The notes under the pieces are model-generated. The model had not been told where the DNA came from, made no database searches, and worked only from the letters and a program-made list of their open reading frames with translations. 64,000 nucleotides of DNA, taken from positions 3,968,001 through 4,032,000 of the forward strand of contig JBHGNT010000010.1 of assembly GCA_043228905.1 (NCBI GenBank), written 5' to 3'. The position numbers and the translations under genes were made by a program. Positions within the stretch are counted from its first letter, which is position 1. Each line of letters opens with the position of its first letter. This DNA comes from Azolla caroliniana. Taxonomy: Eukaryota > Plantae > Polypodiophyta. Shown here in pieces: positions 12,356 through 25,646 of the stretch.

Positions 12356-14392
12356 TTACAACCCATGTACAATATTGGGAGCCATCGGTGGAAACAGCCA
12401 CCTAGGTGCTTGGTAATTCCACTTAGGCCTCCATGAAGATTTGACTAGCATGGGAGAGCTACTCCATTTCAGCAAGAACTTTGACCTTGCCCTTTCTGCT
12501 TCTTCCGAATCCCCTTGAATCGAATCATACCGACTGCGCAACCAAGCCACAAGATCAAAATAGATATTTAACATCATCTCCCTGCATGACATCTTTTGCT
12601 GCTGAAAAACAACCTTCCAACGCCTGATCCAAATGTGTCAGGCCGTCAAACACGCCACCATAAGCCAAATCTCCTCAAAAATTTCAGAATTTGTGCTTGG
12701 TCTCACCCCATCACATTGGAACATGCTACCACCCTGCACTATAAATCCATGTCCTTGTGGGTTTAATCGTTCACCCCAGCTTTCCCCTTTTAAGGACAAC
12801 CCTTGTATTGAGCCCCACACAACGTTCCCTTTCACACCACAGGCTGCCACGATTCGAAGGCTTCTATTCCAAATTCTAATCGCCTCTGTACAATTCCAAA
12901 AACAATGAGAGATTGATTCCAAAGCCTGTCCACATAACTTACAGCTAGCCTCACCACTACGGGAGCTCAACCACTCGCCTACAGGTACCGCCTTGTGGCT
13001 AAGAAGCCACCACCAAGCTTAATTTTTTCTGGCATATCCAATGCCCATAGTCTCCTCCAAAACGACTTCAAATTGTTGTCTGAAATGCCTTTATCCTTCG
13101 AGCTGTTGCAAATCATTCCAACACCCACGGTTTTGGAGCCAATGATTCGTCTTCCAAGCTTGGTATTGTATTCAAAAAACATTTTCAAGTTTTTTGTTCC
13201 TAGTGTCTACCACCAAACCTCCAATGGGTCCCACTCCAAATCATATAAGGGCTTGTTATCATAAAGCCATATTTTACAATCATGATCCAGTGTCTTAGGG
13301 TCTGGGTTCAATTGCCACCACTTACCCTCCAACACTGCCACCTGCACTGCCATCCACCTACCATCATCTGTCAAAGAACTTAGGTTACCCCACAAACAAT
13401 CCTTGCTAGTTGAGCACCTACCACGGATAAGTTGTGCGTTACCCTCACCTACAAACCAACTTGACCAAACTGTCTCTTCCACAGTCAACTTATCCAATCC
13501 ATCAACAATCCCATCTATCAGTTGGGTTACCTTCTCTAGTCTTCTAGTAATCCTACAATTAACAGCCTGACCCGCCCGCCTCTTCATGCTGAAGACCTCC
13601 CAATCATGTACCGACCGAATCTTGTACCCTAGCATCCTCCCCCAAGGCAAGTACTTTTGTTGTCCAAGCATCTTACCATCTTCACTTCTAATCCTAGGGT
13701 TCCAAAACAACGGTTGTCGTAGCTGTTCATCTAGTGTTTTTGGTTGCATTAAGACCCTCTCTTAAACTTGACCATGCCTTCATTATGGTGCGAACCACTC
13801 TATCCTCCATGCTAGCTGGTTCTTTCAACTTTAGAGCTGGGCGGAACAACCACCATGTATTTGCCTGCCAAGGACCACCATTCATGGGACACCAAAGGTC
13901 AACTCTATTCCTAAGCAGCACCTTCCACAATTCTGGTCCGGGTTGCAAACTTCGCACTAAAAGCTTACCAAGTAGAGCCTTACTTTGGTGAACCGGATCC
14001 ACCAATCCAAGTCCTCCCTCATTCTTTGTCTTAACTAAACAACCCCACACCACTTTAGCTGATGCCATTTCATTGTCTCTACCCGACCACAACAAGCCTC
14101 TCACCATTGCCTTAATATGTTTTATGCAGGCTTTGTCTAACATCCAACATGCCACCGAATGCCACATGGTGGCCAACAAAATATGGTTCACCACCACAAC
14201 CCTACCAGCAAGGGAGAGCTTTACTGATGCCCACAACCGAAGCTTTTTTCTAATTTTGTCTTTGACTTGCTCAAGTTGCTGATTTTTAGGTGTCTCAACT
14301 CCCACCAAAAAGCCCAAGTACTTAACAACAATGCCATCGGGAACCCATTGAAAATGAACGTTGGGACACCATAACGGTCATGGGTTTGAACT
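12356..14392 (-). pseudogene. LINE ORF2, 3' part (RT thumb region and zf-RVT)
   Basis: KYLGF, KLSLAGRVVVVN, K.EGGLGL, CKLCGQALESISHCFWNC. Broken by stops and frameshifts. Confidence 0.9.
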
Positions 14393-14967
14393 TGTTAGGA
14401 TTTCGGTCCATCCGGATGGGATATGACTACCTGACAACGGAAGACCCGGTGAGAACCGGATGACGTAGGCCCGGTGAGAACCTCTCACCGGATGAAGGGA
14501 CATAGATGTAAATATGTTTCTGTTAGCCCATTGTGGCTATATTTGTAAATAGCCCGAAAGTCATATTAGTATAAATATGACCTAGGGCAAACACTATACT
14601 GTGTGGGTGTGTTGTCATTATTTTTGTATAGTGTTATAGAGTGTAACTGCTGTACAGAGCGTAACAGAGAGCGAGAGAGAGAAACAGAGTAAGTCTCTAC
14701 TGTAACCGCCGCTAGGCGAAGAGTGTGAGCACGAGGTCATTGCCTTTGTGCCCCCTTGTTGTATTCTTTGACATAGTGATAGTTTGGAGTTTGTGGGCTC
14801 CCGTGGTTTTTGCCTCTCAGGGTTTTCCACGTTAACATACTGTGTACTCTCTCTCACTTATGTGTGTTCGTGCATTTACCTTCATTGCCCATTTCTTCTG
14901 TGTTTGATTATCATTAAGTGATCTAAGTCTCGGTTGTGGCCGAAGATTATTCCGCATATTCTCGTCA
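14393..14967 (+). repeat. Copia A 5' LTR
   Basis: TG...CA termini, followed by the PBS; matches 25028-25641. Confidence 0.93.
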
Positions 14968-14997
14968 ATCTGGTATCAGAGTGAAATGACATAGAAA

Positions 14998-17726
14998 ATG
15001 GAAGAATCCTACAACGACATGTTCAAGCTCACCGGCTCCAACTACTTAGTGTGGAAGTCGAAGATGAGGGACATGCTCGTGGTGAAAGATCTTTGGTTGC
15101 TGGTTCAATTTGAGGATAAGAGACTGGAAAAGATCGACGCCACGGTGTGGGAGGTGATGCACATGAAGAAGACGACATGCATCCGGTGCTTCATTGACAT
15201 GAGCCTATACAACAACTTCAATGAAGAGAGCAAAGCTCATGAGCTCTGGGAGAAGATCAACATTATGTTTCAGAACAAAAATGTTGTTAATTGCGTTTCG
15301 GTATTCCGGAAGCTAGTGAGGCTCCGGTACCAAGATGACTCCAGCATGGCGGAGCACATGAAGACCTTCTAGGGGCTGATTCACTAGGCAACATCGTTGG
15401 AAGTACCTCTCGCTGATGAGGTACTAGCATTGCTCCTGCTCGGTTCCCTCCTGGATAGCTGGGAGACGTTAGTTGTCACGTTGGGCAACGCCGGGCCAGA
15501 AGGAAAACAGTTATCCCTAGCAAGAGTCAAGTCAAGCTTGCTAGATGAGGAGGCACGTCGGAAAGACAAGGATACGAGCTCCGACTCCAAAGCGCTCCTT
15601 ACCGAATTGGAACGCAGAAGACAAAGGAACCGGAGTCCCCAGAACCGGGAAAAGTTGGGGACACGGTCAAAGTCAAGGGGAAGGCCCACTTGCTTCTACT
15701 ATGGGAAGCCGGGGCACTTCCAGAAGAACTGTTGGCATTTCCAGAAAGACAAGGAAACCGACAATACCGATTCAAAGCGGTCACCGGACCGGAACGACAA
15801 AGACCGGAGAGGACCAGACCGGAAGGGAACAACAGCAATCGCGGCAAGTGAAGAAGAGTTGATGCTCATCACTGAGGAGAGTGAGTTGAACCTTGCCGGC
15901 GACGAGACAACGTGGGTTGTCAACTCTGGAGCGTCGTTCCACCTGACCCCGGACCGGAAATGCTTCTCATCCTACATAGCCGGTGAGCACGGCTGTGTCC
16001 GGATGGGGAATGAAGGTACATGCCGAATTGTCGGCATAGGAGATGTGTGGCTAACAACACCAACCAGATGCAAGTTGCTGCTGAAGGATGTCCGACACGT
16101 TCTGGAAGTTCGTCTGAACCTGATATTAGTCGGTCGGTTGGATGATGAAGGCTACACGGGTAGCATCCGGAACGGTGTCATGAAATTCAGCAAAGGGAGC
16201 CTGATAGTGGCTCGAGCCTGGAAAGTCAACACGTTGTACCTGATGAATGCCCGATTTTGCTCGAAAGAAGTGAACGTGGCATTCGACACTACCGGTAAGC
16301 TGTGGCACAAGAGACTGTGTCACATGAGTGAGAAGGGGATGAAGAGGCTTGTCGATGACAACCTCATTCCGATGAAGAACGTGCATCTTGAGAGGTGCAA
16401 CGACTGCCAGACCGGTAAGCAAAACTAGACCTCCTTCCACTCAAGGCCATTGATGAGACGTAATGCACCACTGGAGCTGGTGCATACCGATGTGTGTCAA
16501 GTGGACACAAAGTCACATGCCGGATCACAGTACTTCGTGACGTTCATAGAGGACCACAACTGGAAGCTGTGGGCCACACCGTTGAAGACGAAGGATCATG
16601 TGTTATTTGTCTTCAAGGAGCTCCACGTGAGAGTGGAAAGAGAAACCGGCCGGAAGCTGAAGGTGGTTCGAGTAGATAATGGAGGAGAATACTAGGGGTA
16701 GTTTGAGGAGTACTGCCGCTTGAAAGGAATCCGGATCGAATTTACCGTGCCAAAGACGCCGGAACTAAACGGGCTGGCCGAGAGGATGAACCAGACCATA
16801 ATGGAGAGGGTCCGGAGTATGCTAGCACATGTTAAGCTACCCAAGACGTTTTGGGCTGAGGCGCTGTTGACAACGACGTATGTGATAAACAGATCACCCT
16901 CAGTGCCCTTGGATGGAGACACACCACAGAGAGTATGGACCGGTAAGGAAGTGTCTTACCGGCATCTGAAGGTGTTCGGGTGTCTCACTTAGGTGCATGT
17001 GGGAAAGGACCGGAGATCAAAGTTGGATCCAAAGTCCCGGCCTTGCATATTCCTCAGATACGGCGATGATGAGTTTGGCTACCGAGTGTGGGCTCCAGTC
17101 GACAACAAGGTTTTCCGGAGTCGAGATATTATCTTCATGGAGGACAAGACCCTTGCTGACTGGGAGTCGGAGAAGAAGATAATGAACTCCGGGTCGACTG
17201 GTAAGGATAGGTTCAATGAGATTCGGACCTACCCGGCTAAGAGCTGGTTAACACTCGAAGAACTGGCCAGTTACGGAGAGGAAACCGAACCGACCAAAGA
17301 AGAAGAAGAAGCAGAAACCAGAACCGGCCAAGACCCCAAATCAGATTCGAATGAAGAACAAACAGAGGAGCTGGTAACCCATAGTCAAGCACACAGATAT
17401 CCTCTCAGAGAGAGCAGCCCCCCCCGTAGATTTCCGGATGTAGAGCACGTGTCGCTAACCGATGAGGGCGAGCTGGAAAGCTTCGAAGAAGCAAAAGATG
17501 ACACCCACAGCCGCAAGTGGTTGAGTGCCATGTAGGACGAGATGGATTCCCTGCATGAGAACCACATGTATGAATTGGTGGAGTTGCCGAAAGGAGAGAG
17601 GGCACACCGAAACAAGTGGGTGTACAAGCTGAAATCGAGAGATGCCGGTAACCCCCCGAGATACAAAGCCAGGATCGTGGTGAAGGAGTTCCAGCAGAAG
17701 AAGGGCATGGACTTCGACGAGATATT
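14998..17726 (+). pseudogene. Copia A gag-PR-INT and start of RT
   Basis: Gag with a decayed zinc knuckle, WVVNSGAS (decayed DSG protease motif), LWHKRLCH, ELVHTD, NKWVYK. Many in-frame stops. Confidence 0.92.
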
Positions 17727-18673
17727 TGACGGGAACTGATCGTTCCTTATGCGCAACGCTCGGCCAAGCTCGGCCACAACCGTGCTTAGAATGATACACA
17801 GAAAACGGGAAATAAGACGTGACACAAAGAAGAAGAAAATACACAGGAGGTTTACGTGGAAAACCCCAAACTAGGGGAAAAAACCACGGCAGCCCACAGG
17901 TTGCAAACTGTCACTATGTAAGTATGTACAACAGTGAGTTCACTGAGGCACCGACCTCGTGCTCACGGATCTTCGCCACAGGCGGCGGTTACAACAGAGG
18001 CAACGACCTCTTTCTCTCTCTCTCTCTCTGTACAACGTTACGTACTCACTCCTCTTCTTGCACCAACAAGGAAAACTGACAACAACAACAAAAAGTTTGC
18101 CCTAAGTCATATTTATACTAATATGACTTTTCGGCTATTTACAAATATAGCCACGATAGGCTCTTTAGAAACATATTTACGAATATGTCTCTTCATCCGG
18201 AGAGCATTCCTCACCGGGTCTGCGCCATCTGGCTCTCCGTAGCCGGGTACTCCTCATCCGGTCTTCACCGGGTCTGCATCATCCGGCTCTCCGTAGCCAA
18301 GTGCTCCTCATCCGGTTCATACCAGGTCTGCGCCATCCGGCTCTCCGTAGCCGGGTACTCCTCATCCGGTCTTCACCGGGTCTGCATCATTCGGCTCTCC
18401 GTAGCCGAGTGCTCCTCATCCGGTTTATACCGGGTCTGCGCAATCCGGCTCTCCGTAGCCGGGTACTCCTCATCCAGTCTTCACGGGGTCTGCATCATCC
18501 GGCTCTCCGTAGCCGAGTGCTCCTCATCCGGTTCATACCGGGTCTGCGCCATCCGACTCTCTGTAGCCGAGTACTCCTCATCCGGTTTCGGCCTCGGCCT
18601 ATCGGCCTCGACCGAGATTGTTCGTCGGCACTGTTCTTCTCCCTTCCCATCTGGAGGGACCTGTCTCCCAACA
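17727..18673 (-). repeat. Copia B 3' LTR with an internal 51-bp tandem array (~18205-18590)
   Basis: Direct repeat of 22760-23682. Confidence 0.93.
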
Positions 18674-18683
18674 AACTCCCCCT

Positions 18684-21600
18684 TCACTCCGGCATGGGGT
18701 ATCTTACCAGTCTGATCCTCTTCTGGCATGCGTCCAGCTTGTCGGGTGTCAGCACTTTGGTAAGCATATCTGACCCGTTCTCGGCCGTGTGGATCTTCGT
18801 CAGTGCGAACTCCTGGTCATCTACTCTTTCCCGGATCCAGTGATACCTCCGCTGGATATGCTTCGTCCGGGAATGGTAGGCTGCATTCTTAGCAAGGTGG
18901 ATGGCACTTTGACTGTCGCAATAGAGTTGGTATTCCTCTTGCCGTATACTGAGCTTTCCGATGAAGTCCTTCATCCATAAAATTTCCTTGCCGGCTTCCA
19001 CAACCGCCATGTACTCCGCCTCTGTGGTCGACAATGCAACCGTCTTCTGCAGCCTCGACTGCCACGAAACAACTCCCCCTGCATATGTCATCACATACCC
19101 GGATGTAGATCGGCTGGTATCCACATCAGCCGACATGTCCGAATCGGTGAAACCGTCCAGTTGAGGTGTTCTGGAGCCGAATCGGAGACACATGTTTGGA
19201 GTGCCCTTCAAATACCGGAGTATCCATTTGACCGCATTCCAGTGCTCCTTGCCGGGATTGCTCATAAACCGGCTCACCACTCCGACAGCGTATCCTATAT
19301 CCGGTCGGGTACACACCATTGCGTACATCAAGCTCCCGACGGCAGAGGCATATGGGATCTTCATCATACCCGCCTTCTCTGCTTTCATCTGCGGGCTTTG
19401 CTTATCGGATAGCCTGCAGTTTGCCGGAAGTGTCGATCCGATCGGTTTCACCTCTGACATGTTGAACCGGTGAAGCACCTTTGTCACATACTTCTCCTGT
19501 GACAACCATAATTGCTTCATTGACCGGTCCCGAATGATGTGCATCCCCAAGATCTGTCTTGCCGGACCCAAGTCTTTCATTGAGAAGGTCCGGTTGAGAG
19601 CCTTCTTCAGCATCCGTATTTTGACTTGGTCACGTCCGACGATCAACATGTCATCCACGTACAGAAGGAGTATCAGGAAGTCGCCTCCTTCAAACTTCTT
19701 CACAAACACGCAGTGATCTGCCTGCGTCTTGTGGTACCCTTGATCGGTCATGAAGGAGTCGAACTTTCGGTACCATTGCCGGGGAGCCTGCTTCAGTCCG
19801 TACAGGCTCTTCTTCAACCGGCATACCAGGTGCTCCTTCCCTTTCTCCACGAATCCTTCCGGTTGCTGCATGTAAATCTCCTCTTGGAGGTCGCCGTGAA
19901 GGAATGCCGTCTTCACGTCCAGCTGCTCTACCTCGAGGTCCATGCTTGCTGCTATACTCAGCACTGTCCGGATGGAGGTCATCTTTACTATCGGGGCAAA
20001 TATCTCGCCGAAGTCCACGCCCTTCTTCTGCTGGAACCCCTTCACCACGATCCTGGTTTTGTATCTCGGGGGGTTTCCGGCATCTCCCGGTTTCAACTTG
20101 TACACCCACTTGTTTCGGAGTGCCCGCTTTCCTTTCGGCAACTCCACCAATTCGTACGTATGGTTCTCATGCAGGGAATCCATCTCGTCCTGCATGGCAC
20201 TTAACCATTTTCGGCTGTGGGTGTCATCCTTTGCTTCTTTGAAGCTTTCCGGCTCCCCCTCATCGGTCAGCAGAACATGCTCTGCATCCGGAAATCTCCG
20301 GGGGGCCCTTCTCTCTCTGAGAGGATATCTCCGTCTTTGGGATTCGGTAGCCGGCTCCTCCATTTGCTCTTCATCCGAATCCGATTCGGGGTCTAGGCTG
20401 GTTCCGGTCTCAGCTTCCTCTACTTCTTCTTCTGCCGGTTCGGTATCCTCACTGTAACCGGCTGGTTCCTCGAGTGCTAACCGGTCTCTTGCTGGTTGGG
20501 ACTGCTCATCGTAGAGTCGATCCGTACCGGTCGACTCAGAGTTCATTATCTTCTTCTCCAACTCCCAATCGGCGAGTGTCTTGTCCTCCATGAAGATAAT
20601 ATCTCGACTCCGGAATACCTTCTTGTCGACCGGGTCCCACACTCGGTAGCTGAACTCATCATCACCGTAACCGAGGAATATGCATGGCCGGGTCTTTGGA
20701 TCTAACTTTCCTCTCCGGTCCTTTGCTACATGCACGTACGCGAGACACCCGAACACCTTCAGATGCCAGTAGGACACTTCCTTACCGGTCCATACTCTCT
20801 GTGGCGTGTCTCCATCCAAGGGTACTGAGGGTGATCTGTTTATCACGTATGTCGCCGTCGACAATGCCTCAGCCCAAAACTTCTTGGGTAGTTTTGCATG
20901 CGCTAGCATACTCCGGACCCTCTCCATTATGGTCCGGTCCATCCTCTCAGCCTGTCCGTTTAGTTCCGGCGTCTTCGGCACGGTAAATTCGAGCCGGATT
21001 CCCTTCGAGCGGCAATACTCCTCGAATTGCCCCCGGTATTCTCCTCCGTTGTCTGCTCGAACCGCCTTCAGCTTCCGACCGGTTTCTCTTTCCACTCTCG
21101 CGTGGAGCTCTTTGAAGACGGATAACACCTAATCCTTCGTCTTCAACGGTGTGGCCCACAGCTTCCGGCTGTGGTCATCTATGAACGTCACGAAGTACTG
21201 CGCTTCGGCATGTGACTTCGTGTCTACTTGACACACATCCGTATGCACCAACTCCAGTGGTGCATTACGTCTCATCGGTGGCCTTGGTCGGAAGGAGGTC
21301 CGGTTCTGCTTACCGGCTAGACAATCAGTGCACTTCTCTAAGTGCACGTTCTTCACTGGAATGAGGTTGTCGTCTGCAATCCTCTTCATCCCCTTCTCGC
21401 TCATATGACACAGCCTCTTGTGCCACAGCTCACCGGCAGTGTCGGATTCCACATCCACTTCTTCCGGACATAACCGGGCATTCATCAGGTACAATGTGTT
21501 GACCTTCCGGGCCCGAGCCACAATCAGGCTCCCTTTGCTGAACTTCATGACACCGTTCCGGATGCTACCCGTGTAGCATTCATCATCTAGCCGACCGGTT

Positions 21601-22730
21601 GATATCAAGTTCAGACGAACCTCCGGAACGTGTCGGACATCCCTCAACAGCAACTTGCATCCGGTTGGTGTTGACAGCCACACATCTCCTATGCCGACAA
21701 TTCAACATGTACCTTCATTCCCCATCCGGACACAGCCGTGGTCACCGGCTGAGTAGGATGAGAAACATTTCCGGTCCGGGGTAAGGTGGAACGACGCTCC
21801 AGAGTCTACCACCCAGGTCATCTCGTTGCCGGCAAGGTTTATCTCAATCTCCTCGGTGATGAGCATCAACTCTTCTTCACTTGCCGTGATTGCTGTCGTC
21901 CCCTTCCGGTCCGGCCCCCTCCGGTCTTTACCGTTCCGGTCCGGGGTCCGCTTCGAATCGGTACCGTCGGTCTCCTTATCTTTTCGGAAATGCCGACAGT
22001 TCTTTTGGAAGTGTCCCGGCTTGCCGCAATAGAAGCAAGTAGGCCTCCCCCTTGACTTTGACCGTGTCCCCGACTTCTCCCGGTTCTGGGGACTACGGTT
22101 TCTATGTCTTCCGCGTTCCGATTCGGTAAGGAGCGCTTTGGAGTCGGAGTTCGTATCTTTATCCTTCCGACGCGCCTCCTCATCTAGCAAGCTTGACTTT
22201 ACTCTTGCTAGGGATAACCGTTTTCCTTCCGGTCCGGCGTTGCCCAAGGTGACAACCAACGTCTCCCAGCTATCCGGGAGGGAACCGAGCAGGAGCAGCG
22301 CTAGTACCTCATCGGTGAGAGGTACTTCCAATGATGTTGCTTGGTGTATCAGCCCTTGGAAGGCATTCATATGCTCCGCCATGCTGGAGCCATCTTGGTA
22401 CCGGAGTCTTACTAGCTTCCGGAATACCGAGACCTGATTAGCAACATTTCTGTTTTGAAACATTATGCCGATCTTCTCCCAGAGCTCATGAGCCTTGCCC
22501 TCTTCATTGAAGTTGTTGTACAGGCTCATGTCGATGAAGCACCGTATGTACGCCGTTGTCTCCATGTGCATCACCTCCCATATCGCGGCGTCGATTTTGT
22601 CCGGTCTCTTGTCCCCAAACTGAACCGGCAGCCAGAGGTCTTTAACCATGAGCACGTCCCTCATCTTCGACTTCCATACCGAATAGTTGGAGCCGGTGAG
22701 CTTGAACATGCCGCCAAACGATTCGTCCAT
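18684..22730 (-). pseudogene. Copia B gag-pol polyprotein, one reading frame with two premature stops
   Basis: CCHC knuckle CFYCGKPGHFQKNC, VDSGAS, INT, YVDD and RNase H. The three ORFs share a frame. Stops are TGA at 21702-21704 and TAG at 21129-21131, where related copies encode Arg and Gln. Confidence 0.95.
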
Positions 22731-22759
22731 TTTTTGTGTCGTTTCGCTCTGATACCACT

Positions 22760-23682
22760 TGACGGGATCTGATCGTTCCTTATGCGCAACGCTCGGCCAC
22801 AACCGTGCTTAGAATGATACACAGAAAACGGGAAATAAGACGCGACACAAAGAAGAAGAAAATACACAGGAGGTTTACGTGGAAAACCCCAAACTAGGGG
22901 AAAAAACCACGGCAGCCCACAGGCTGCAAACTGTCACTATGTAAGTATGTACAACAATGAGTTCACTGAGGCACCGACCTCGTGCTCACGGATCTTCGCC
23001 ACAGGCGGCGGTTACAACAGAGGCAACGACCTCTTTCTCTCTCTCTCTCTCTGTACAACGTTACGTACTCACTCCTCTTTTTGCACCAACAAGGAAAACT
23101 GACAACAACAACAAAAAGTTTGCCCTAAGTCATATTTATACTAATATGACTTTTCAGCTATTTACAAATATAGCCACGATGGGCTCTTCAGAAACATATT
23201 TACGAATATGTCTCTTCATCCGGAGAGCATTCCTCACCGGGTCTGCGCCATCCGGCTCTCCGTAGCCGGGTACTCCTCATCCGGTCTTCACCGGGTCTGC
23301 ATCATCCGGCTCTCCGTAGCCGAGTGCTCCTCATCCGGGTCATACCGGGTCTGTGCCATCCGGCTCTCCGTAGCCGGGTACTCCTCATCCGGTCTTCACC
23401 GGGTCTGCATCATCCGGCTCTCGGTAGCCGAGTGCTCCTCATCCGGTTTATACCGGGTCTGTGCCATCTCGCTCTCCGTAGCCGGGTACTCCTCATCCGG
23501 TCTTCACCGGGTCTGCATCATCCGGCTCTCCATAGCCGAGTGCTCCTCATCCGGTTCATACCGGGTCTGCGCCATCCGGCTCTCCGTAGCCGAGTACTCC
23601 TCATCTGGTTTCGGCCTCGGCCGAGATTGTTCGTCGGCACTGTTCTTCTCCCTTCCCATCCGGAGGGACCTGTCTCCCAACA
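22760..23682 (-). repeat. Copia B 5' LTR with an internal 51-bp tandem array (~23230-23610)
   Basis: Direct repeat of 17727-18673, adjacent to the PBS. Confidence 0.93.
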
Positions 23683-23687
23683 ATATT

Positions 23688-25017
23688 TACCCCAGTAGTA
23701 AAGATGACTTCCATTTGAACAATGCTGAGCATAACGGCAAGCATGGACCTCGAGGCAGGACAGTTAGACGTGAAGACGGCATTCCTCCACGGAGACCTCA
23801 AAGGGGAGATCTACATGCAGGAACCAGAGGGATTTGTGAAGAAAGGGAAGGAGCACCTGGTTTGCCGGTTGAAGAAGAGCCTCTATGGTTTGAAGCAGGC
23901 TCCCCGGCAATGGTACTAGAAGTTCGACTCCTTCATGATCGATCAAGGGTACCACAAGACGTAGGCCGATCACTGCGTATTTGTGAAGAAGTTCGAAGGT
24001 GGAGACTTCCTGATACTCCTCCTGTACGTAGACGACATGTTGATCGTCGGACGAGACCAAGTCAAGATACAGACGCTGAAGAAGGCTCTGAACCGGACCT
24101 TCTCAATGATAGACTTGGGTCCGACAAGACAGATATTGGGGATGCATATCATCTAGGGCCGGTCAAAGAAGTAATTGTGGTTGTCACAAGAGAAGTACGC
24201 GACAAAGGTGCTTCAGCGGTTCAACATGTCAGATGCAAAACCGCTCGGATCGACACTCCCAACAAACTGTAGGCTATCCGATAAGCAAAGCCCGAAGACG
24301 AAGGTAGAGAAGGTGGATATGATGAAGATACCATATGCCTCTGCCGTCAGGAGCTTAATGTATGCAACGGTGTGTACTCGATCGGATATCGGATACGCAG
24401 TCGGAGTGGTGAGCCGGTTTATGGTGAGCCGGTTTATGAGCAATCTCGGCAAGGAGCACTGGAATGCCGTAAAATGGATACTCCGGTACCTGAAAGGCAC
24501 CTCAAGTATGTGGCTCTGATTCGGCTTCGGTAAACCCCAACTTGACGGTTTCACCAATTCGGATATGTCGGCTGATGCGGATACTAGCCGGTCAACATCG
24601 GGATATGCTATGACATATGCAGGGGGAGCTGTTTCGTGGCAGTCAAGGCTGTAGAGGACGGTTGCATTGTCAACCACGGAGGCGGAGTACATGGCGGCTG
24701 TGGAAGCTGGCAAGGAAATACTATGGATGAAGGACTTCATCGAAGAGCTAAGGATCCGACAAGAGGAATACCAGCTCTATTGCTACAGTCAAAGTGCCAT
24801 CCACCTTGTGAAGAACACGACGTATCATTCCAAGATGAAGCACATCCAGTGGAGGTACCACTGGATCCGGGAGCGAGTTGAAGATCGAGAGTTCGTGTTG
24901 ACGAAAATCCACACAGAGGAGAACGGGTCAGATATTCTGACCGAAGTACTGACACCTGACAAGCTAGATGCATGTAGGAAGAGGATCGGATTGACGAGGC
25001 ATCCCATGCCGGAGTGA
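23688..25017 (+). pseudogene. Copia A RT-RNase H (continues after the Copia B insertion)
   Basis: DVKTAFLHG, LKKSLYGLKQAPRQW, LLYVDDM, STTEAEY. Rejoins EIF|TPVVKMTSI across the TSD. Confidence 0.92.
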
Positions 25018-25027
25018 AGGTGGAGTT

Positions 25028-25641
25028 TGTTAGGATTTCGGTCCCTCTGGATGGGATATGAGTACCCGAAAATGGAAAATGCGGTGAGAACCGGATGATG
25101 AGTACCCGGTAAGGAAGACCCGGTGAGAACCAGATGACGCATGCCTGGTGAGAACCTCTCACCGGATGAAGGGACATAGATGTAAATATGTTTTTGTCAG
25201 CCCATTGTGACTATATTTGTAAATAGCCCGAAAGTCATATTAGTATAAATATGACCTAGGGCAAACACTATACTGTGTGGGTGTGTTGACATTATTTTTG
25301 TATAGTGTTACAGAGTGTAACTACTGTACAGAGCGTAATAGAGAGCGAGAGAGAGAAACAGAGTAGGTCTCTATCGTAACTGACGCCAGGCGAAGAGTGT
25401 GAGCACAAGGTCGTTGCCTCTGTGCCCCCTTGTTGTATTCTTTGACATAGTGATAGTTTGGAGTTTGTGGGCTCCCATGGTTTTTGCCTCTCAGGGTTTT
25501 CCACGTTAACATACTGTGTACTCTCTCTCACTTATGTGTGTTCGTGCATTTACCTTCATTGCCCATTTCTTCTGTGTTTGATTATCATTAAGTGATCTAA
25601 GTCTCAGTTGTGGCCGAACATTATTCCGTATATTCTCGTTA
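25028..25641 (+). repeat. Copia A 3' LTR (terminal CA decayed to TA)
   Basis: Direct repeat of the 5' LTR, followed by the TSD. Confidence 0.93.
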
Positions 25642-25646
25642 GAACT

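Larger units (their letters stand above)
17727..23682 (-). mobile_element. Ty1/Copia element B (near-intact)
   Basis: LTRs 22760-23682 (5') and 17727-18673 (3'). TSD ATATT (17722-17726 / 23683-23687). iMet PBS at 22746-22757. PPT AAGGGGGAG adjacent to 18673. Confidence 0.96.
14393..25641 (+). mobile_element. Ty1/Copia element A (degenerate; contains Copia B)
   Basis: LTRs 14393-14967 and 25028-25641. TSD GAACT (14388-14392 / 25642-25646). tRNA-iMet PBS TGGTATCAGAG at 14971-14981. PPT precedes 25028. Confidence 0.95.

Noticed and set aside
18205-18590. CRISPR-like regular repeat spacing
   Set aside because: Contiguous tandem units with no unique spacers, inside eukaryotic LTRs, and no cas genes.
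18185-18843. Repetitive ORFs of 176-180 aa (and 354 aa at 23208-24272)
   Set aside because: By-products of the 51-bp LTR tandem array (a multiple of 3, stop-poor). The 354-aa ORF also runs across an insertion junction.
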